DNA of 43,187 nucleotides from Sphingomicrobium sp. (GTDB lineage Bacteria > Pseudomonadota > Alphaproteobacteria > Sphingomonadales > Sphingomonadaceae): assembly GCA_036273235.1 (NCBI GenBank), contig DASUIB010000017.1:1-43187 (forward strand). Direction: 5' to 3'. Under the pieces are notes generated by a model that saw only the letters and a list, made by a program, of their open reading frames with translations, did not search any database and was not told the origin of the DNA. This document shows positions 8,456 to 18,572 of the stretch, piece after piece; the stretch's first letter is position 1, and the number at the start of each line of letters is the position of its first letter. Made by a program: the position numbers and the translations under genes.

Positions 8456-10156
8456 ATGGCGGGCGAGCGGCCAAAGGGGTGGAAGCTGCTCAAGGCGGCG
8501 CTCGCAACCCGCAAGTCAGCGACCATGCTGGGCTTCGGATTTTCTTCCGGTCTGCCGTTCGCACTCCTGATCGGGACTCTCAACGCCTGGCTCGGCGATG
8601 CCAAGATCAATCTCGCAACCATTGGCGTGCTCTCCTGGATTGGCCTCACCTACGCTTTCAAGTTCCTGTGGTCGCCGCTCGTGGACCGGGTGCACCTGCC
8701 GCTGTTGGCACAGCTGGGACGCCGCAAGAGCTGGATCCTGCTTTGCCAGGCCGGGCTCATCATCTCCTTCATCGGCTTGGGAATGGGGAATCCGGCGGCG
8801 AACATCGGCACTTTCGCAATTTTCGCCGTCATCGGCGCTGTCGCGTCGGCGACTCAGGACATCGCGGTCGACGCCTGGCGTATCGATGTCGCGGATGAGC
8901 GCACGCCGGTCGAGCTGCTGTCTGCAGTCTATCAGTTCGGCTACCGAATCGCGTCGATCGTCGGCGGCGCCATCGCATTGGTTCTGGCCGCGCGAATGGC
9001 GTGGGGGACCGTTTACCTGATCATGGCCGCGCTCGTCCTATTGCTGATGGTCGTCGCGGCGACAGCTCCAGACACCGAGCGGCCACCCTCCGGCATCATC
9101 GAACAGGGGCTGGAGCAAGCCGGCGAGGTCAGCGCGACCGTCAGGTTCGCCGCGCTCGCGATCGTCGGCCTCTGCTGGCTGTGGGCGATCGTCGGCTTAG
9201 GCTCATTCATGGCGTCGATGCTGACCACCGCTCCCGGCCAGAAACCCCCGTCCGTCGCCGACTTCACGGCTCACGTGGGTCCCTGGATCATCGTCGCGAC
9301 CGTGTTCGTCCCGCTGGTCGTCGCCGCAACCGTGAACTGGCTGAAGACGCATGGTCAAGGGGTGCAGGGCGAAGCCCATCCAAAGGTGTCGAGCGGCCGA
9401 GCGGCGATGAACCACATTTATGGGGCGCTGGTCTCTCCGCTAGCGGAACTCGCGGGGCGGCTTGGCTGGGGCGTGCTCATCATCATCGGCTTCATCCTGA
9501 CCTATGCGCTTTGCTACAATATCTGGTCCTCGTTCGCCTTCCCCTTCTATTTGGATTACCTCCACTACACGAAGGATCAGGTCGCCTTCGCGTCGAAGGT
9601 GTTCGGCATCTTCATGACGATGCTGGGGATCAGCCTCGGCGGCTATCTCTTCACCAGAATTGGACGCTTTCCGACGGTCCTGATCGGCGCCGCAATCACG
9701 CCGCTCGGGAACCTCGTCTATGCCGATCTCGCCGACGGAGGTCCGAACATCGACGCTTTCGCCCACCTGACCCGCCTCGACCGGCTCGCCGCCGCGTTCG
9801 GCGCCGACGAGCGCATGCTCCGGCTGCTGATGGCGATCTGCTTCGACAATATCTCGATCGGAATCGCCCTGACCGCGTTCGTCGCCTACCTTTCGGGCAT
9901 CATCAGCAAGAAGTTCACCGCGGTGCAATATGCGCTGCTCTCCTCGCTCACTTTCCTGGTCGGATCGCTCGGCCGCGGCGTCGCCGGCGAGAGCTTCGAT
10001 AAATATGGCTATGCGCTGGTGTTCCGCTGGACCGCGGCAGCCGGCCTCCTCGCCGTCCTCTTCGTGCTGCTCGAATGGGCGCGTGTCGCCTCGCAGGAGC
10101 GCCGCTCGAGGGTCGAGGCCGAAACCGCTCCAAAGGTGGCACCGGTCAAGGCCTAG
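8456..10156 (+). CDS. ampG: AmpG-family muropeptide MFS permease
   Basis: LGFGFSSGLPF, KFLWSPLVD, GRRKSW, ASATQDIAVDAWRI, QYALLSS. Confidence 0.88.
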   Translation: MAGERPKGWKLLKAALATRKSATMLGFGFSSGLPFALLIGTLNAWLGDAKINLATIGVLSWIGLTYAFKFLWSPLVDRVHLPLLAQLGRRKSWILLCQAGLIISFIGLGMGNPAANIGTFAIFAVIGAVASATQDIAVDAWRIDVADERTPVELLSAVYQFGYRIASIVGGAIALVLAARMAWGTVYLIMAALVLLLMVVAATAPDTERPPSGIIEQGLEQAGEVSATVRFAALAIVGLCWLWAIVGLGSFMASMLTTAPGQKPPSVADFTAHVGPWIIVATVFVPLVVAATVNWLKTHGQGVQGEAHPKVSSGRAAMNHIYGALVSPLAELAGRLGWGVLIIIGFILTYALCYNIWSSFAFPFYLDYLHYTKDQVAFASKVFGIFMTMLGISLGGYLFTRIGRFPTVLIGAAITPLGNLVYADLADGGPNIDAFAHLTRLDRLAAAFGADERMLRLLMAICFDNISIGIALTAFVAYLSGIISKKFTAVQYALLSSLTFLVGSLGRGVAGESFDKYGYALVFRWTAAAGLLAVLFVLLEWARVASQERRSRVEAETAPKVAPVKA

Positions 10157-11454
10157 TCCGGCACCTGATCGTTCTCCGCGAGAACCGCTCCCGCGAGATA
10201 GAGCGAGCCGAAGATCAGCACTCGAGCGTCCGCCGGAACGGCTCGCAGCGCCTCTTCGACATTGTCGTGAGCATCGGCCGGAAAGCCGAGCTCGCCGGCA
10301 ATTTCCACCAGGTCGCTCGGCGTGAAACAGGCGTGGTCGGGGATCGACACCGCATGGACCTGCGCCGCCACGCCTCGGAACGGTTCGAGCATGCCCGGCG
10401 GATCCTTGGTTGCCAGGCTCGCGAACAGGAGGTGGAGCGGACGGCCATCATCCCAGCGACGCTTGAGGAAAGTCGCGATCTGCCGAGCGGCGGACGGGTT
10501 ATGGCCGCCGTCGAGCCAGACCTCCCGGTTGCCGACCAGCGGCCCGGGTGCGAGGTGCTGCAACCGCGCCGGCCAATCCGTCCAACCCATCGCCGCGCCG
10601 AGCGCCGACGGCGGCACATGGAACAGGTCCTGGTGATGGAGCATGGCGAGCGCGAGCGCGGCGTTCATCGCCTGATGGCGGCCGTGCAGGCGCGGCAGCG
10701 GCAGGTCGAACTCGCCCCGCTCGTCGTCGCGGTATCGCAGCTTCCCCTGCCGCACAATCGCGTCCCAGACGCCGCCGCGCGGAAGCCAAGATGCCCCGCG
10801 CTCATGCGCGATCTTGTCGATCCTGCTGCGGATCGCCGGCGGATAGAGCTGCGTTAAGAGCGGCACGCCCGGCTTGGCGATCGCGGCTTTTTCACCGGCA
10901 ATGTCGGGCAGGCCATTGCCGAGGAACTGCTGGTGATCGAGCGCGAGATTGGCGATGCCCGTGACCAGCGGGTGCTCGATCACGTTGGTCGCATCGAGGC
11001 GGCCGCCGAGCCCGACCTCGAGGATACATGCGTCCGCGGGCGTCCGGGCGAAGGCGAGGAACGCCGCAGCGGTCGCGACCTCGAAGAAGCTCGGCTCGAT
11101 GCCGACGCCCGCGTCGATGACCTCGGCGAGGATTTGCGCCAGCTCGTCATCCTCGATCAGCCGCCCCGCGATCCGGATCCGTTCGTTGAACCGGACGAGA
11201 TGAGGGCTGGTGAAGGCGTGGACGCTGTACCCGCTCGCCTCCAGCGCAGCGCGCAGGAATGCGACGGTCGAGCCCTTCCCGTTGGTGCCGGCGATATGAA
11301 AGACGGGGGGAAGAGCCTCCTGCGGCCGACCCAATCGCCCGAGCAGCGCGGAAATCCGCTCGAGCCCCAACCGGTCGCCCGCGGGCGAGAGCTTCGACAG
11401 TCGATCGAGCTGCGCCTGGACGGCGGGATGCGCCGAGCGCGCGAAGTCCGCCAT
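10153..11454 (-). CDS. folC: Folylpolyglutamate/dihydrofolate synthase
   Basis: HIAGTNGKGST, TSPHLVRFNERIRI, EVGLGGRLDATN, DGGHNP, FGSLYLAG; start overlaps the accD stop. Confidence 0.95.
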   Translation of the reverse strand: MADFARSAHPAVQAQLDRLSKLSPAGDRLGLERISALLGRLGRPQEALPPVFHIAGTNGKGSTVAFLRAALEASGYSVHAFTSPHLVRFNERIRIAGRLIEDDELAQILAEVIDAGVGIEPSFFEVATAAAFLAFARTPADACILEVGLGGRLDATNVIEHPLVTGIANLALDHQQFLGNGLPDIAGEKAAIAKPGVPLLTQLYPPAIRSRIDKIAHERGASWLPRGGVWDAIVRQGKLRYRDDERGEFDLPLPRLHGRHQAMNAALALAMLHHQDLFHVPPSALGAAMGWTDWPARLQHLAPGPLVGNREVWLDGGHNPSAARQIATFLKRRWDDGRPLHLLFASLATKDPPGMLEPFRGVAAQVHAVSIPDHACFTPSDLVEIAGELGFPADAHDNVEEALRAVPADARVLIFGSLYLAGAVLAENDQVPD

Positions 11455-12311
11455 CAGGCGGCCGCTTTCGCCTCCGGCGCGAGGTAGGAGATTAGAAGCG
11501 CAAGCTTCTCCTTCAGCTCGCCGCGGGAGATCACCATGTCGATCATGCCGTGCTCGAGCAGATATTCGGCGCGCTGGAAGCCTTCGGGCAGCCTTTCGCG
11601 GATCGTCTGCTCGATCACCCGCTGCCCGGCAAAGCCGATGAGCGCGCCGGGCTCGGCAAGCTGCACATCGCCGAGCATGGCATAAGAGGCGGTCACGCCG
11701 CCGGTCGTCGGGTCGGTCAGCACGACGATATACGGCAGCCCGGCTTCCTTGAGCTCGGTGATCGCCACGGTGGTTCGCGGGAGCTGCATCAGCGACAGGA
11801 TCGCTTCCTGCATCCGCGCCCCGCCCGACGCCGTGAAGATGATGTACGGGCACTTGTCCGCGATTGCCGCATGAACGCCGGCGAGGAAGGCCGCACCGAC
11901 CGCGGTGCCCATCGATCCGCCCATGAACGCGAAATCCTGCACGCCGACGATCGTCTGACGCCCGCCGATCCTGCCCCGCGCATTCACCAGCGCATCGCGT
12001 TCGCCAGTGGCGGCGCGCGCCGCCTTCAGCCGTTCGGTATAGCGTTTCGTATCCTTGAACCGCAGCGGATCCTCACGGACCTCGGGCGCGGACAGAAGCT
12101 CATATTCGGCCGCGTCGAACAGCTGCTGGAAGCGTTTGGCCGGGCCGATCCGGTCGTGGAAGTTGCAGCGCGGGCAGACGCTGTAATTCTCCTCCCATTC
12201 CTTGACGAAGACCATCGTCCCGCACTTCTTGCACTTGTGCCACAGGTTCTCGGCGGTCTGGCGTTTCGGCAGGAATGGAATCCCGCTGCGCACGCGGCTC
12301 AACCAACTCAT
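11454..12311 (-). CDS. accD: Acetyl-CoA carboxylase carboxyltransferase beta subunit
   Basis: [12 protein letters not shown] zinc finger, [41 protein letters not shown]. Confidence 0.96.
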   Translation of the reverse strand: MSWLSRVRSGIPFLPKRQTAENLWHKCKKCGTMVFVKEWEENYSVCPRCNFHDRIGPAKRFQQLFDAAEYELLSAPEVREDPLRFKDTKRYTERLKAARAATGERDALVNARGRIGGRQTIVGVQDFAFMGGSMGTAVGAAFLAGVHAAIADKCPYIIFTASGGARMQEAILSLMQLPRTTVAITELKEAGLPYIVVLTDPTTGGVTASYAMLGDVQLAEPGALIGFAGQRVIEQTIRERLPEGFQRAEYLLEHGMIDMVISRGELKEKLALLISYLAPEAKAAA

Positions 12312-12313
12312 GA

Positions 12314-13012
12314 CTAGATCCTTGTTTCGGCGGCCCTCTGCTCCAGCGAGGCGGCAATGTCCATGATCGCCCGCGCCGGGTCGGCCGCGCCGGTGATCGG
12401 ACGACCGATCACCAGCACCGACGCGCCGTCGGCGAGCGCCTGAGCAGGCGTCACGACGCGCTTCTGATCGCCGGCGTCGGCTCCTGCGGGACGGACTCCC
12501 GGCACGACGAAGAAGCCGCTCGGCCAGGATGCGCGCGCCTGCGCCACCTCCGCGCCCGAGCATACGATCCCGTCGATTCCGGACGCTCGCGCCAAGGCGG
12601 CGAGCCGCGATACCTGATCGGCCGGCGAGCCGTGAACGCCTGCCGCCGCAAGGTCGCGCTCGTCGAGGCTCGTCAACACCGTCACCCCTACGACCTTGGT
12701 TGTTGCCAGGGCGGCGGCCTTGGCAGCTTCGAGCATCGCCCGTCCGCCGCTTGCATGGACGGTCAGGATCGCCGGCTCGAGCGGCGCAAGCGCTCCCACT
12801 GCCTTGCCGACGGTATTGGGAATGTCGTGCAGCTTCACATCGAGGAAGGTCGGGAGTCCGAGCGCCGCGATGCGGCGGACTCCTTGCGGGCCTTGCGCAG
12901 AGAAGAACTCGAGCCCGAGCTTCACCCCGCCCGCATGACCGCGCACCGCCTCGGCGAGCGCCAGCGCGCGGTCGAGATCGGGCGTATCGATTGCGACGAA
13001 GATCGAGCTCAT
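12314..13012 (-). CDS. pyrF: Orotidine-5'-phosphate decarboxylase
   Basis: [39 protein letters not shown]. Confidence 0.96.
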   Translation of the reverse strand: MSSIFVAIDTPDLDRALALAEAVRGHAGGVKLGLEFFSAQGPQGVRRIAALGLPTFLDVKLHDIPNTVGKAVGALAPLEPAILTVHASGGRAMLEAAKAAALATTKVVGVTVLTSLDERDLAAAGVHGSPADQVSRLAALARASGIDGIVCSGAEVAQARASWPSGFFVVPGVRPAGADAGDQKRVVTPAQALADGASVLVIGRPITGAADPARAIMDIAASLEQRAAETRI

Positions 13013-13296
13013 CCGAGCGGCTCCGCGCCGTCACCGGCCGGAGCAGTCGTCGCCGATGAAGGCCGGGTTCGCTCCAGCGCGTCGACTCTGCGTCGGTACG
13101 ACCAAAGCCGGCCGCGCATGATCAGCCATGTCGGAAGGAAACCCAAAAGGAAGATGATCAGCAACAGCGCCGGAATTTTGATGTCGGCCTGGATGTCGCC
13201 CCAAAGGTTCAGCGTGACATCGGACCAGTTCCGGCTGGCAAACAGCACCAAGACCACCGCAACGAGCACCCAGAACAAAGTCTTCAGGAACTGCAT
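13009..13296 (-). CDS. LapA/DUF1049-family small membrane protein
   Basis: [11 protein letters not shown]-x-x-x-V-x-L motif, two TM helices; usual position upstream of pyrF. Confidence 0.75.
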   Translation of the reverse strand: MQFLKTLFWVLVAVVLVLFASRNWSDVTLNLWGDIQADIKIPALLLIIFLLGFLPTWLIMRGRLWSYRRRVDALERTRPSSATTAPAGDGAEPLG

Positions 13297-13458
13297 CCAT
13301 CGGCCTCCTGACGGGCGCACGCATGGCGCGCCGGGCGTTCTTAGCCATTAGCCGGTTCGTCGCAAGGCTGAGTCGGTTTATCGCATGGCTTGGCACAGCC
13401 CGTTGAGGGTGACGCCCGTCCCCGTCACAGCAGCGTTAAGGGTGGGGAGTGAAGGTTC

Positions 13459-14751
13459 TTGAAGACCAGGAATAAGCTCGGGCTCGGGGCGCTTGTCTTG
13501 CTCATGGGCGCCTCGCTTCTGGCGATGCGCTCGCATTCCGAGGACCGCCATCACGCCGAGATCGTCGCGGCCCATCTCAAGCTCGCATCGGTTTCGACCG
13601 CGGCGCGACGCGACGTCGACTATCGGCTTCTCGACGCGCGGCTCCAGCAGCTGATGAGCAAGCCGGCGATGGTCGGCCTTGCGGTAGGAGTGGTCGAGAA
13701 CGGCCGCATTACTTTCCTCAAAGGTTATGGCGAGACCCTCGAGGGCTCCGGCGACCCTGTCACGCCCGAGACGGTCTTCCGTTGGGCATCCTGCTCCAAG
13801 GGCGTGGCGGCAACGATGGTCGCGAAGCTCGCCGAAGAGGGCAAGGTCAACCTCAACGGGCCGGTGTCCGATTATGCGCCCGACCTCAAGCTTCCGAACG
13901 GCAACGAACGTTTGGCAACGGTCGGCGACCTGCTTTCCCACCGCCTCGGCCTGTATCGCGACGCCTTCGCCAACAAGCTCGAGGAAGGACAGGACCCAAG
14001 CTTCCTCAGGACCCAGCTCGCGACGCTCAACGCGGTCTGCGCGCCCGGCACCTGCTGGGATTATCAGAACGTCGCCTACGACGCCTCCAGCGAGATCGTC
14101 TCGCGCGTCACGCATTTGCCCTATGAGCAGGCGGTCAAAGGATACCTCTTTAATCCGCTCGGAATGGCCAGCGGCAGCGTGTCGATGGAGGGCCTCGAGT
14201 CCAATCCCAGCTGGGCACGCCCACACAGCGCGGGCAAAAGGCCGTGGCCGATGGTCGATACCTATTACAAGGTCCCAGGCGCCGCCGGGATCAACAGCAA
14301 CATCAAGGACATGGCGCTGTGGATGGAGGCGCAAATGGGCGAAATGCCCGATGTGATCGATGCCAAGGTCCTCGACACCATTCACGCGCCCTACGTTGTC
14401 ACGCCGGGCGAGCGCGGTCGGTTGCGCAAGTTCCTCGAACGCCTCGGCACCGCCTGGTACGGCTACGGCTGGCGCAGCTACGATTACGCTGGGCACCGGA
14501 TCATCGGCCACCGCGGCGGAATCAAGGGCTATCGCTCGCTGATCCTGTTCGATCCCGAGAAGAAGAGCGGCGTCGTCGCGCTATGGAACAGCGACAGCTG
14601 GCAGCCAGGCGGGCTGGAGTTCGAGGTCATGGACATGCTCTACCGTTTGCCGTTCCGCGACTGGCTCGAGCTGAACAAAAGCCCAGCAGAGTCGCTCGCC
14701 GCCGACAATGACGCGAGCGACAGCGGCGACAGTGCCGATACCGGCCGCTAG
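13459..14751 (+). CDS. Serine hydrolase, beta-lactamase/PBP class C family
   Basis: Signal peptide; SxxK (SCSK), LLSHRLG, YxN (YQN), HRGG. Confidence 0.88.
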   Translation: MKTRNKLGLGALVLLMGASLLAMRSHSEDRHHAEIVAAHLKLASVSTAARRDVDYRLLDARLQQLMSKPAMVGLAVGVVENGRITFLKGYGETLEGSGDPVTPETVFRWASCSKGVAATMVAKLAEEGKVNLNGPVSDYAPDLKLPNGNERLATVGDLLSHRLGLYRDAFANKLEEGQDPSFLRTQLATLNAVCAPGTCWDYQNVAYDASSEIVSRVTHLPYEQAVKGYLFNPLGMASGSVSMEGLESNPSWARPHSAGKRPWPMVDTYYKVPGAAGINSNIKDMALWMEAQMGEMPDVIDAKVLDTIHAPYVVTPGERGRLRKFLERLGTAWYGYGWRSYDYAGHRIIGHRGGIKGYRSLILFDPEKKSGVVALWNSDSWQPGGLEFEVMDMLYRLPFRDWLELNKSPAESLAADNDASDSGDSADTGR

Positions 14752-15002
14752 CGGCTCTCGGCTTCAGCTCTCGCTTTCCTGATCTCAGCTTTCTGGTTAA
14801 GGTGCGCGAGATAGCGGCAGCCCATGCCGATGATCGACGTCGCCATTCCGATGATCAGCACCGGATAATACCAGTCGGGCGGATTGTCCTTCGCCCAGGC
14901 GACCGCGCCGAGAAAGAACACGCTGCAAATCGAAATGAGATAGCCGAGCGCTTTCCAGTCCAGGCCCGTGGGCGCGGGGATCGTGACGGTTTCGCGACGC
15001 AT
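14748..15002 (-). CDS. Small two-TM hypothetical membrane protein
   Basis: Two hydrophobic helices and a basic tail; CTAG stop overlap with the convergent gene; start uncertain. Confidence 0.6.
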   Translation of the reverse strand: MRRETVTIPAPTGLDWKALGYLISICSVFFLGAVAWAKDNPPDWYYPVLIIGMATSIIGMGCRYLAHLNQKAEIRKARAEAESR

Positions 15003-15011
15003 GCTGCGGCA

Positions 15012-15037
15012 GGAACATCCAAGCTGCCACATTGGTT
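15012..15037 (+). promoter_or_regulatory. EcfG/SigT general stress promoter
   Basis: GGAAC-N17-GGTT ending 32 nt upstream of the hemerythrin start. Confidence 0.65.
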
Positions 15038-15069
15038 TCCGTCCTGAAATCGACAGGGAGTTGAGTCAC

Positions 15070-15573
15070 ATGGCTAGCAAGGACGCAATCACGCTTCTCA
15101 AGGAGGACCATCGCGCGGTCGAAAAACTGTTCAAGGAGTTCGAAAGCGCGAAGGGCGACGGCCGCAAGCAGAAGCTCGCGCACCAGATCTGCCTGGAACT
15201 ATCCGTCCATTCCGAAATCGAGGAAACGATCTTCTACCCGGCGTGCGAAGGCATTGTCGAGGAAGACGAGCTCAAGGAAGGCTATGTCGAGCATGACGCC
15301 GCCAAGCTCATGATCGCCGAGATCGAGGCGAACGAAGGTGCGGACGACGAATTCTTCGATACCAAGGTGCACGTGCTCCAGGAGGAGATCGAGCATCACA
15401 TCAAGGAAGAGGAGGGGCCGGGCGGGATTTTCGCCCAGGCCCGTAAGGGCGATCTCGACATGACCGCCATCGGCGAGCAGCTGGCCGATCGAAAAAAAGA
15501 ACTAACCAAGCAATATAAGGCGCAAGGCCTTCCGCAGCCCAAGCTCAAGACGATGGACGAAGTGTCCGTCTAA
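15070..15573 (+). CDS. Hemerythrin/HHE domain protein
   Basis: DAITLLKEDH, ELSVHSEIEETIFYP, EHDAAK, IEHHIKEEE; AGGGAG RBS. Confidence 0.9.
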   Translation: MASKDAITLLKEDHRAVEKLFKEFESAKGDGRKQKLAHQICLELSVHSEIEETIFYPACEGIVEEDELKEGYVEHDAAKLMIAEIEANEGADDEFFDTKVHVLQEEIEHHIKEEEGPGGIFAQARKGDLDMTAIGEQLADRKKELTKQYKAQGLPQPKLKTMDEVSV

Positions 15574-15596
15574 CGATGCCCGCCAGTGCCACCGCG

Positions 15597-16916
15597 CTAT
15601 CTCAGCGCGGCGACCTGCATTGCCTGTGCATCGCGGCCGTAGATATCGTCGACGAAGCTCAACTGTCCGTTCTGAGCCTGCGCCGTCAGATAGGTGACGT
15701 AGATCGGCACGGGCGTCGGAAGCGGCACGTTCTGCTCAGGCGCGCTCGATGCCGTTTCCGGATCATGGCCGAGCGCCCAGCGCGCGAGCCGGTCGGCATC
15801 CTGAAGGCGAATGCAGCCGTGACTGAGGTCGCGGTCGTCCTGCGCGAACAGATCCTTGGACGGCGTGTCGTGCAGGTAGATGTCATAGGCATTGGGGAAG
15901 CCGAACTTGACGTGACCCATTGAGTTCGCCGGCCCCGGCAGCTCGCGGACCCGGACCTGGAGGCTGCCGTCGGCGACCGAATGCCAGTCGACCTTCGCAG
16001 GGTCGAGCAACGTGTCGTCAGTCGCATCAGCAGGCATGACCTGATAGCCATGGGTCTTCAGATAACCGAGGCCCTGCTCCAGCACATTCTTGGCAATCAG
16101 CGATCGGACGAGCTCGGCGTCGACATGCCAATAGGGATTGAGCGTCGCATAATAGATGGTGCTCGCCATCATCGGGGTCTGAGTGTGGGCGCCGGCCTTG
16201 CCGACGACGACCTTCATCGAATCGACGACTCGGCCGTCCTGAATCATGTAGAGCCGGGCCGCGGCGGCATCGACCATGATATATTTGTCCTGGAACGGCC
16301 GCTCCCGAGCACGGTCGAGGCTGGTCAGCACGCGCGGATCGAGCGAGCCGCCATTCGATTGCATTTCGGTCCAGGCGGCATCGCGCAGCTGCGCGTACAG
16401 CGGATTCACCTCGGAGACGGAGCGCGCGTAGCCGGCGAGCGAGGGCGCTGCGGCGCTGCGCTGCAAGATCTGCATCGGACTGTCGCGGCGCGGCATCACC
16501 CACTGGTCGGCGTAAATCATCCCCGAAGGCGGCCGCTGAAGCGTCTGCACATAGCTGACCCACGCCGCCGAGAGCACGCGGTCGGCCGCTGCCAATGCCG
16601 CCGGATCGCCGGTTTGCGCCCGCGCCACCAGCGCTTGCGCCTGCGCCGCAAGTTGAGGACCGTTGTCGAGCCCGTCGAGCGGCGCTCGAACGAGAATCCC
16701 CATCAGTTCACGCGCTGCACCGCTGTCGGCGCCGTCCCGCAGCCAGAGCGGCGCACCGCCGCGGCCGGCGTAGAACGCGTCAACCGCCTGCATCGCTGAC
16801 GGAGAAACCTGAATTGTCGCCCCTGGGAGCTCAGGGCTCGTGGCAGCGGAGACGGGCATAGACATGCCCAGCAGCACCGCGCATGCCGCGGCGCCGGCCA
16901 ACAACCGAATTTTCAC
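15597..16916 (-). CDS. Murein L,D-transpeptidase (YcbB/LdtD-like), paralog 1
   Basis: Signal peptide; MKVVVGK, TLNPYW, PGPANSMGHVKF, YLHDTP...SHGCIRL, VPIYVTYLTA; GTG start inferred. Confidence 0.9.
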   Translation of the reverse strand: MKIRLLAGAAACAVLLGMSMPVSAATSPELPGATIQVSPSAMQAVDAFYAGRGGAPLWLRDGADSGAARELMGILVRAPLDGLDNGPQLAAQAQALVARAQTGDPAALAAADRVLSAAWVSYVQTLQRPPSGMIYADQWVMPRRDSPMQILQRSAAAPSLAGYARSVSEVNPLYAQLRDAAWTEMQSNGGSLDPRVLTSLDRARERPFQDKYIMVDAAAARLYMIQDGRVVDSMKVVVGKAGAHTQTPMMASTIYYATLNPYWHVDAELVRSLIAKNVLEQGLGYLKTHGYQVMPADATDDTLLDPAKVDWHSVADGSLQVRVRELPGPANSMGHVKFGFPNAYDIYLHDTPSKDLFAQDDRDLSHGCIRLQDADRLARWALGHDPETASSAPEQNVPLPTPVPIYVTYLTAQAQNGQLSFVDDIYGRDAQAMQVAALR

Positions 16917-16969
16917 GGGTCCACACTCTCTATTCAAATCAGGCTCTTGCGAGCCCACCTGAAGCCCAT

Positions 16970-16994
16970 AACGTCCGGAGGGCAGCAGGGTTCA
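16970..16994 (-). promoter_or_regulatory. EcfG/SigT-type promoter for L,D-transpeptidase paralog 1
   Basis: TGAAC-N16-CGTT on the minus strand about 50 nt upstream of the start. Confidence 0.5.
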
Positions 16995-17078
16995 AATTTC
17001 CAGTTGACAGAATTAAAAAATCGTCTCGGGCCGGGACTGCTGTTCAGCCTCGGAGCTGCGACTCGAGTCGCGACAGGC

Positions 17079-17111
17079 TGTATTGACAGCGTAATACACC
17101 AGCTCTATCCT
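17079..17111 (+). promoter_or_regulatory. Sigma70 promoter overlapped by a palindromic operator (GntR/YtrA-like)
   Basis: TTGACA(17083-88)-N17-TATCCT(17106-11); TGTATT-N8-AATACA inverted repeat at 17079-17098 covers the -35. Confidence 0.7.
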
Positions 17112-17137
17112 GCCGCCGTTTCCGGCTAGGAGAGGTC

Positions 17138-18250
17138 ATGTACAGCCAACAGGAGATCGACGATGCGGTGGCCTCCGGCGTCATCACCGCGGATGCCGCC
17201 GCGGCCTTGCGCGCGCATGTCGAGGGCCAGCGCTCGACGGCCATCCCCGACGAAGAGCAATTCCGCCTGATCACCGGCTTTAACGACATTTTCGTGTCGA
17301 TCGCCGCCGCGATCCTGCTGTTCGCGGTCGGCTGGATCGGCCAGTGGATCGGCCAACGGGCCGGGCTGGTGCTCGACGTCGACGGCCCCTCCCCGCTCGC
17401 GCCACTGGCGGTTGCCGGGACCGCATGGCCGCTCGCGATGTTCTTCACGGCGAGACGCCGGATGGCGCTTCCGTCGATCCTGCTCCTCCTCGCCTTCGTG
17501 CTCGGCGTGTTCGGCACCGTGGGACTGGGGATTGCCGCCGCGATCGGGCCCGATTCGCTGAACGACAACAATCTGCTCAGCGGCATCATTCTCGCCGTCT
17601 CGGCCGCGGTCAGCGCCTGCGCTGCCTGGCTGCACTGGCGAACCTTCCACGTTCCGATCACCATCGCCGCCGGTGCGGGCTCGGTTGCCGCTATCGCCGT
17701 AGGCCTCTTGCTCGCGGGCTTGGGCCAGAATGCCGACCAGGCGAAGAACATCATCCTCGGATTCGTGCTCCTGCTCGGCATCGGCATGTTCCTGTTCGCG
17801 ATGTGGTGGGACGGCTCGGATCGGGCACGCCTGACCCGGCGGAGCGACGTCGCCTTCTGGCTTCACCTGCTCGCCGCGCCGATGATCGTACATCCCATCT
17901 TCACGCTGCTCGGGCTCACAAGCGGACACATCAGCGTCGCAGAGGGATTAGCCGTTATCGCGCTCTATCTCGTCCTCGGGATCACGGCCGTGGCGGTCGA
18001 TCGCCGTGCGCTGCTCGTCTCGGCGCTGGCTTATGTGCTGTACGCGTTGAACGAGCTGTTCCGGCAGTTCGGCGCCGTCGAGCTCAACGTCGCGTTGACG
18101 GCGCTCGTCATCGGTTCGGCGCTGCTGCTGCTCTCGGCCTTCTGGCACCAGGCCCGAGGGGCGATTGTCAGACCGCTGCCAGATGGCCTGCGCGACCGGC
18201 TCCCGCTCGTCGATCGCTCAACCATCGCGGTCAGCCAACCAGCCGCATAA
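17138..18250 (+). CDS. Polytopic membrane protein of unknown function
   Basis: AGGAGAGG RBS; about 11 TM helices; DEEQFRLITGFNDIF and RRSDVAFWLHLLAAP segments. Confidence 0.85.
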   Translation: MYSQQEIDDAVASGVITADAAAALRAHVEGQRSTAIPDEEQFRLITGFNDIFVSIAAAILLFAVGWIGQWIGQRAGLVLDVDGPSPLAPLAVAGTAWPLAMFFTARRRMALPSILLLLAFVLGVFGTVGLGIAAAIGPDSLNDNNLLSGIILAVSAAVSACAAWLHWRTFHVPITIAAGAGSVAAIAVGLLLAGLGQNADQAKNIILGFVLLLGIGMFLFAMWWDGSDRARLTRRSDVAFWLHLLAAPMIVHPIFTLLGLTSGHISVAEGLAVIALYLVLGITAVAVDRRALLVSALAYVLYALNELFRQFGAVELNVALTALVIGSALLLLSAFWHQARGAIVRPLPDGLRDRLPLVDRSTIAVSQPAA

Positions 18251-18572
18251 GCCGGCGCTCCAGCGGGGCCAGCACGGGCGCGAGCTCGTGGCCCCGCTTG
18301 AGGACAGCGCCATGCTCGCCGACCAATGCAAACGCGCCTTGCTTCACTCGGAGCGAGGGGCGCTTCTCGATCCGGATTTCGGGCCGTTCGCTATGGCGTC
18401 GAAAGGCCGCGAATATCGCCACGTCAGGGTCGATCCGCAGCGCATAATCGCGCCAGTGGTCGGCCGCGACCATGCGGCCGTAGAGGTCGAGGATCCGCGA
18501 CAGCTCCTTGCGGTCGAAAGTGGCGATTGGGCGCCGGTCCCAGCTAGGCGGGAACGGCGCGATCACGCTCAA
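18231..18572 (-). CDS. DUF2794 family protein
   Basis: FDRKELSRILDLYGRMVAA..WRDYA, IEKRP, LKRGHEL; coupled to cysE. Confidence 0.85.
   Translation of the reverse strand: MSVIAPFPPSWDRRPIATFDRKELSRILDLYGRMVAADHWRDYALRIDPDVAIFAAFRRHSERPEIRIEKRPSLRVKQGAFALVGEHGAVLKRGHELAPVLAPLERRLMRLVG

Noticed and set aside
11454-13034. 526-aa extended accD, 566-aa folC, 398-aa rluB and 540-aa 40874..42496 ORFs as fusions
   Set aside because: The extensions are alternative-frame or antisense read-through across neighbouring genes; family N-termini and RBSs support the shorter starts.
13391-13406. Sigma54 promoter (TGGCAC...) upstream of the serine hydrolase
   Set aside because: The required GC ten bases after GG is absent (TG instead).
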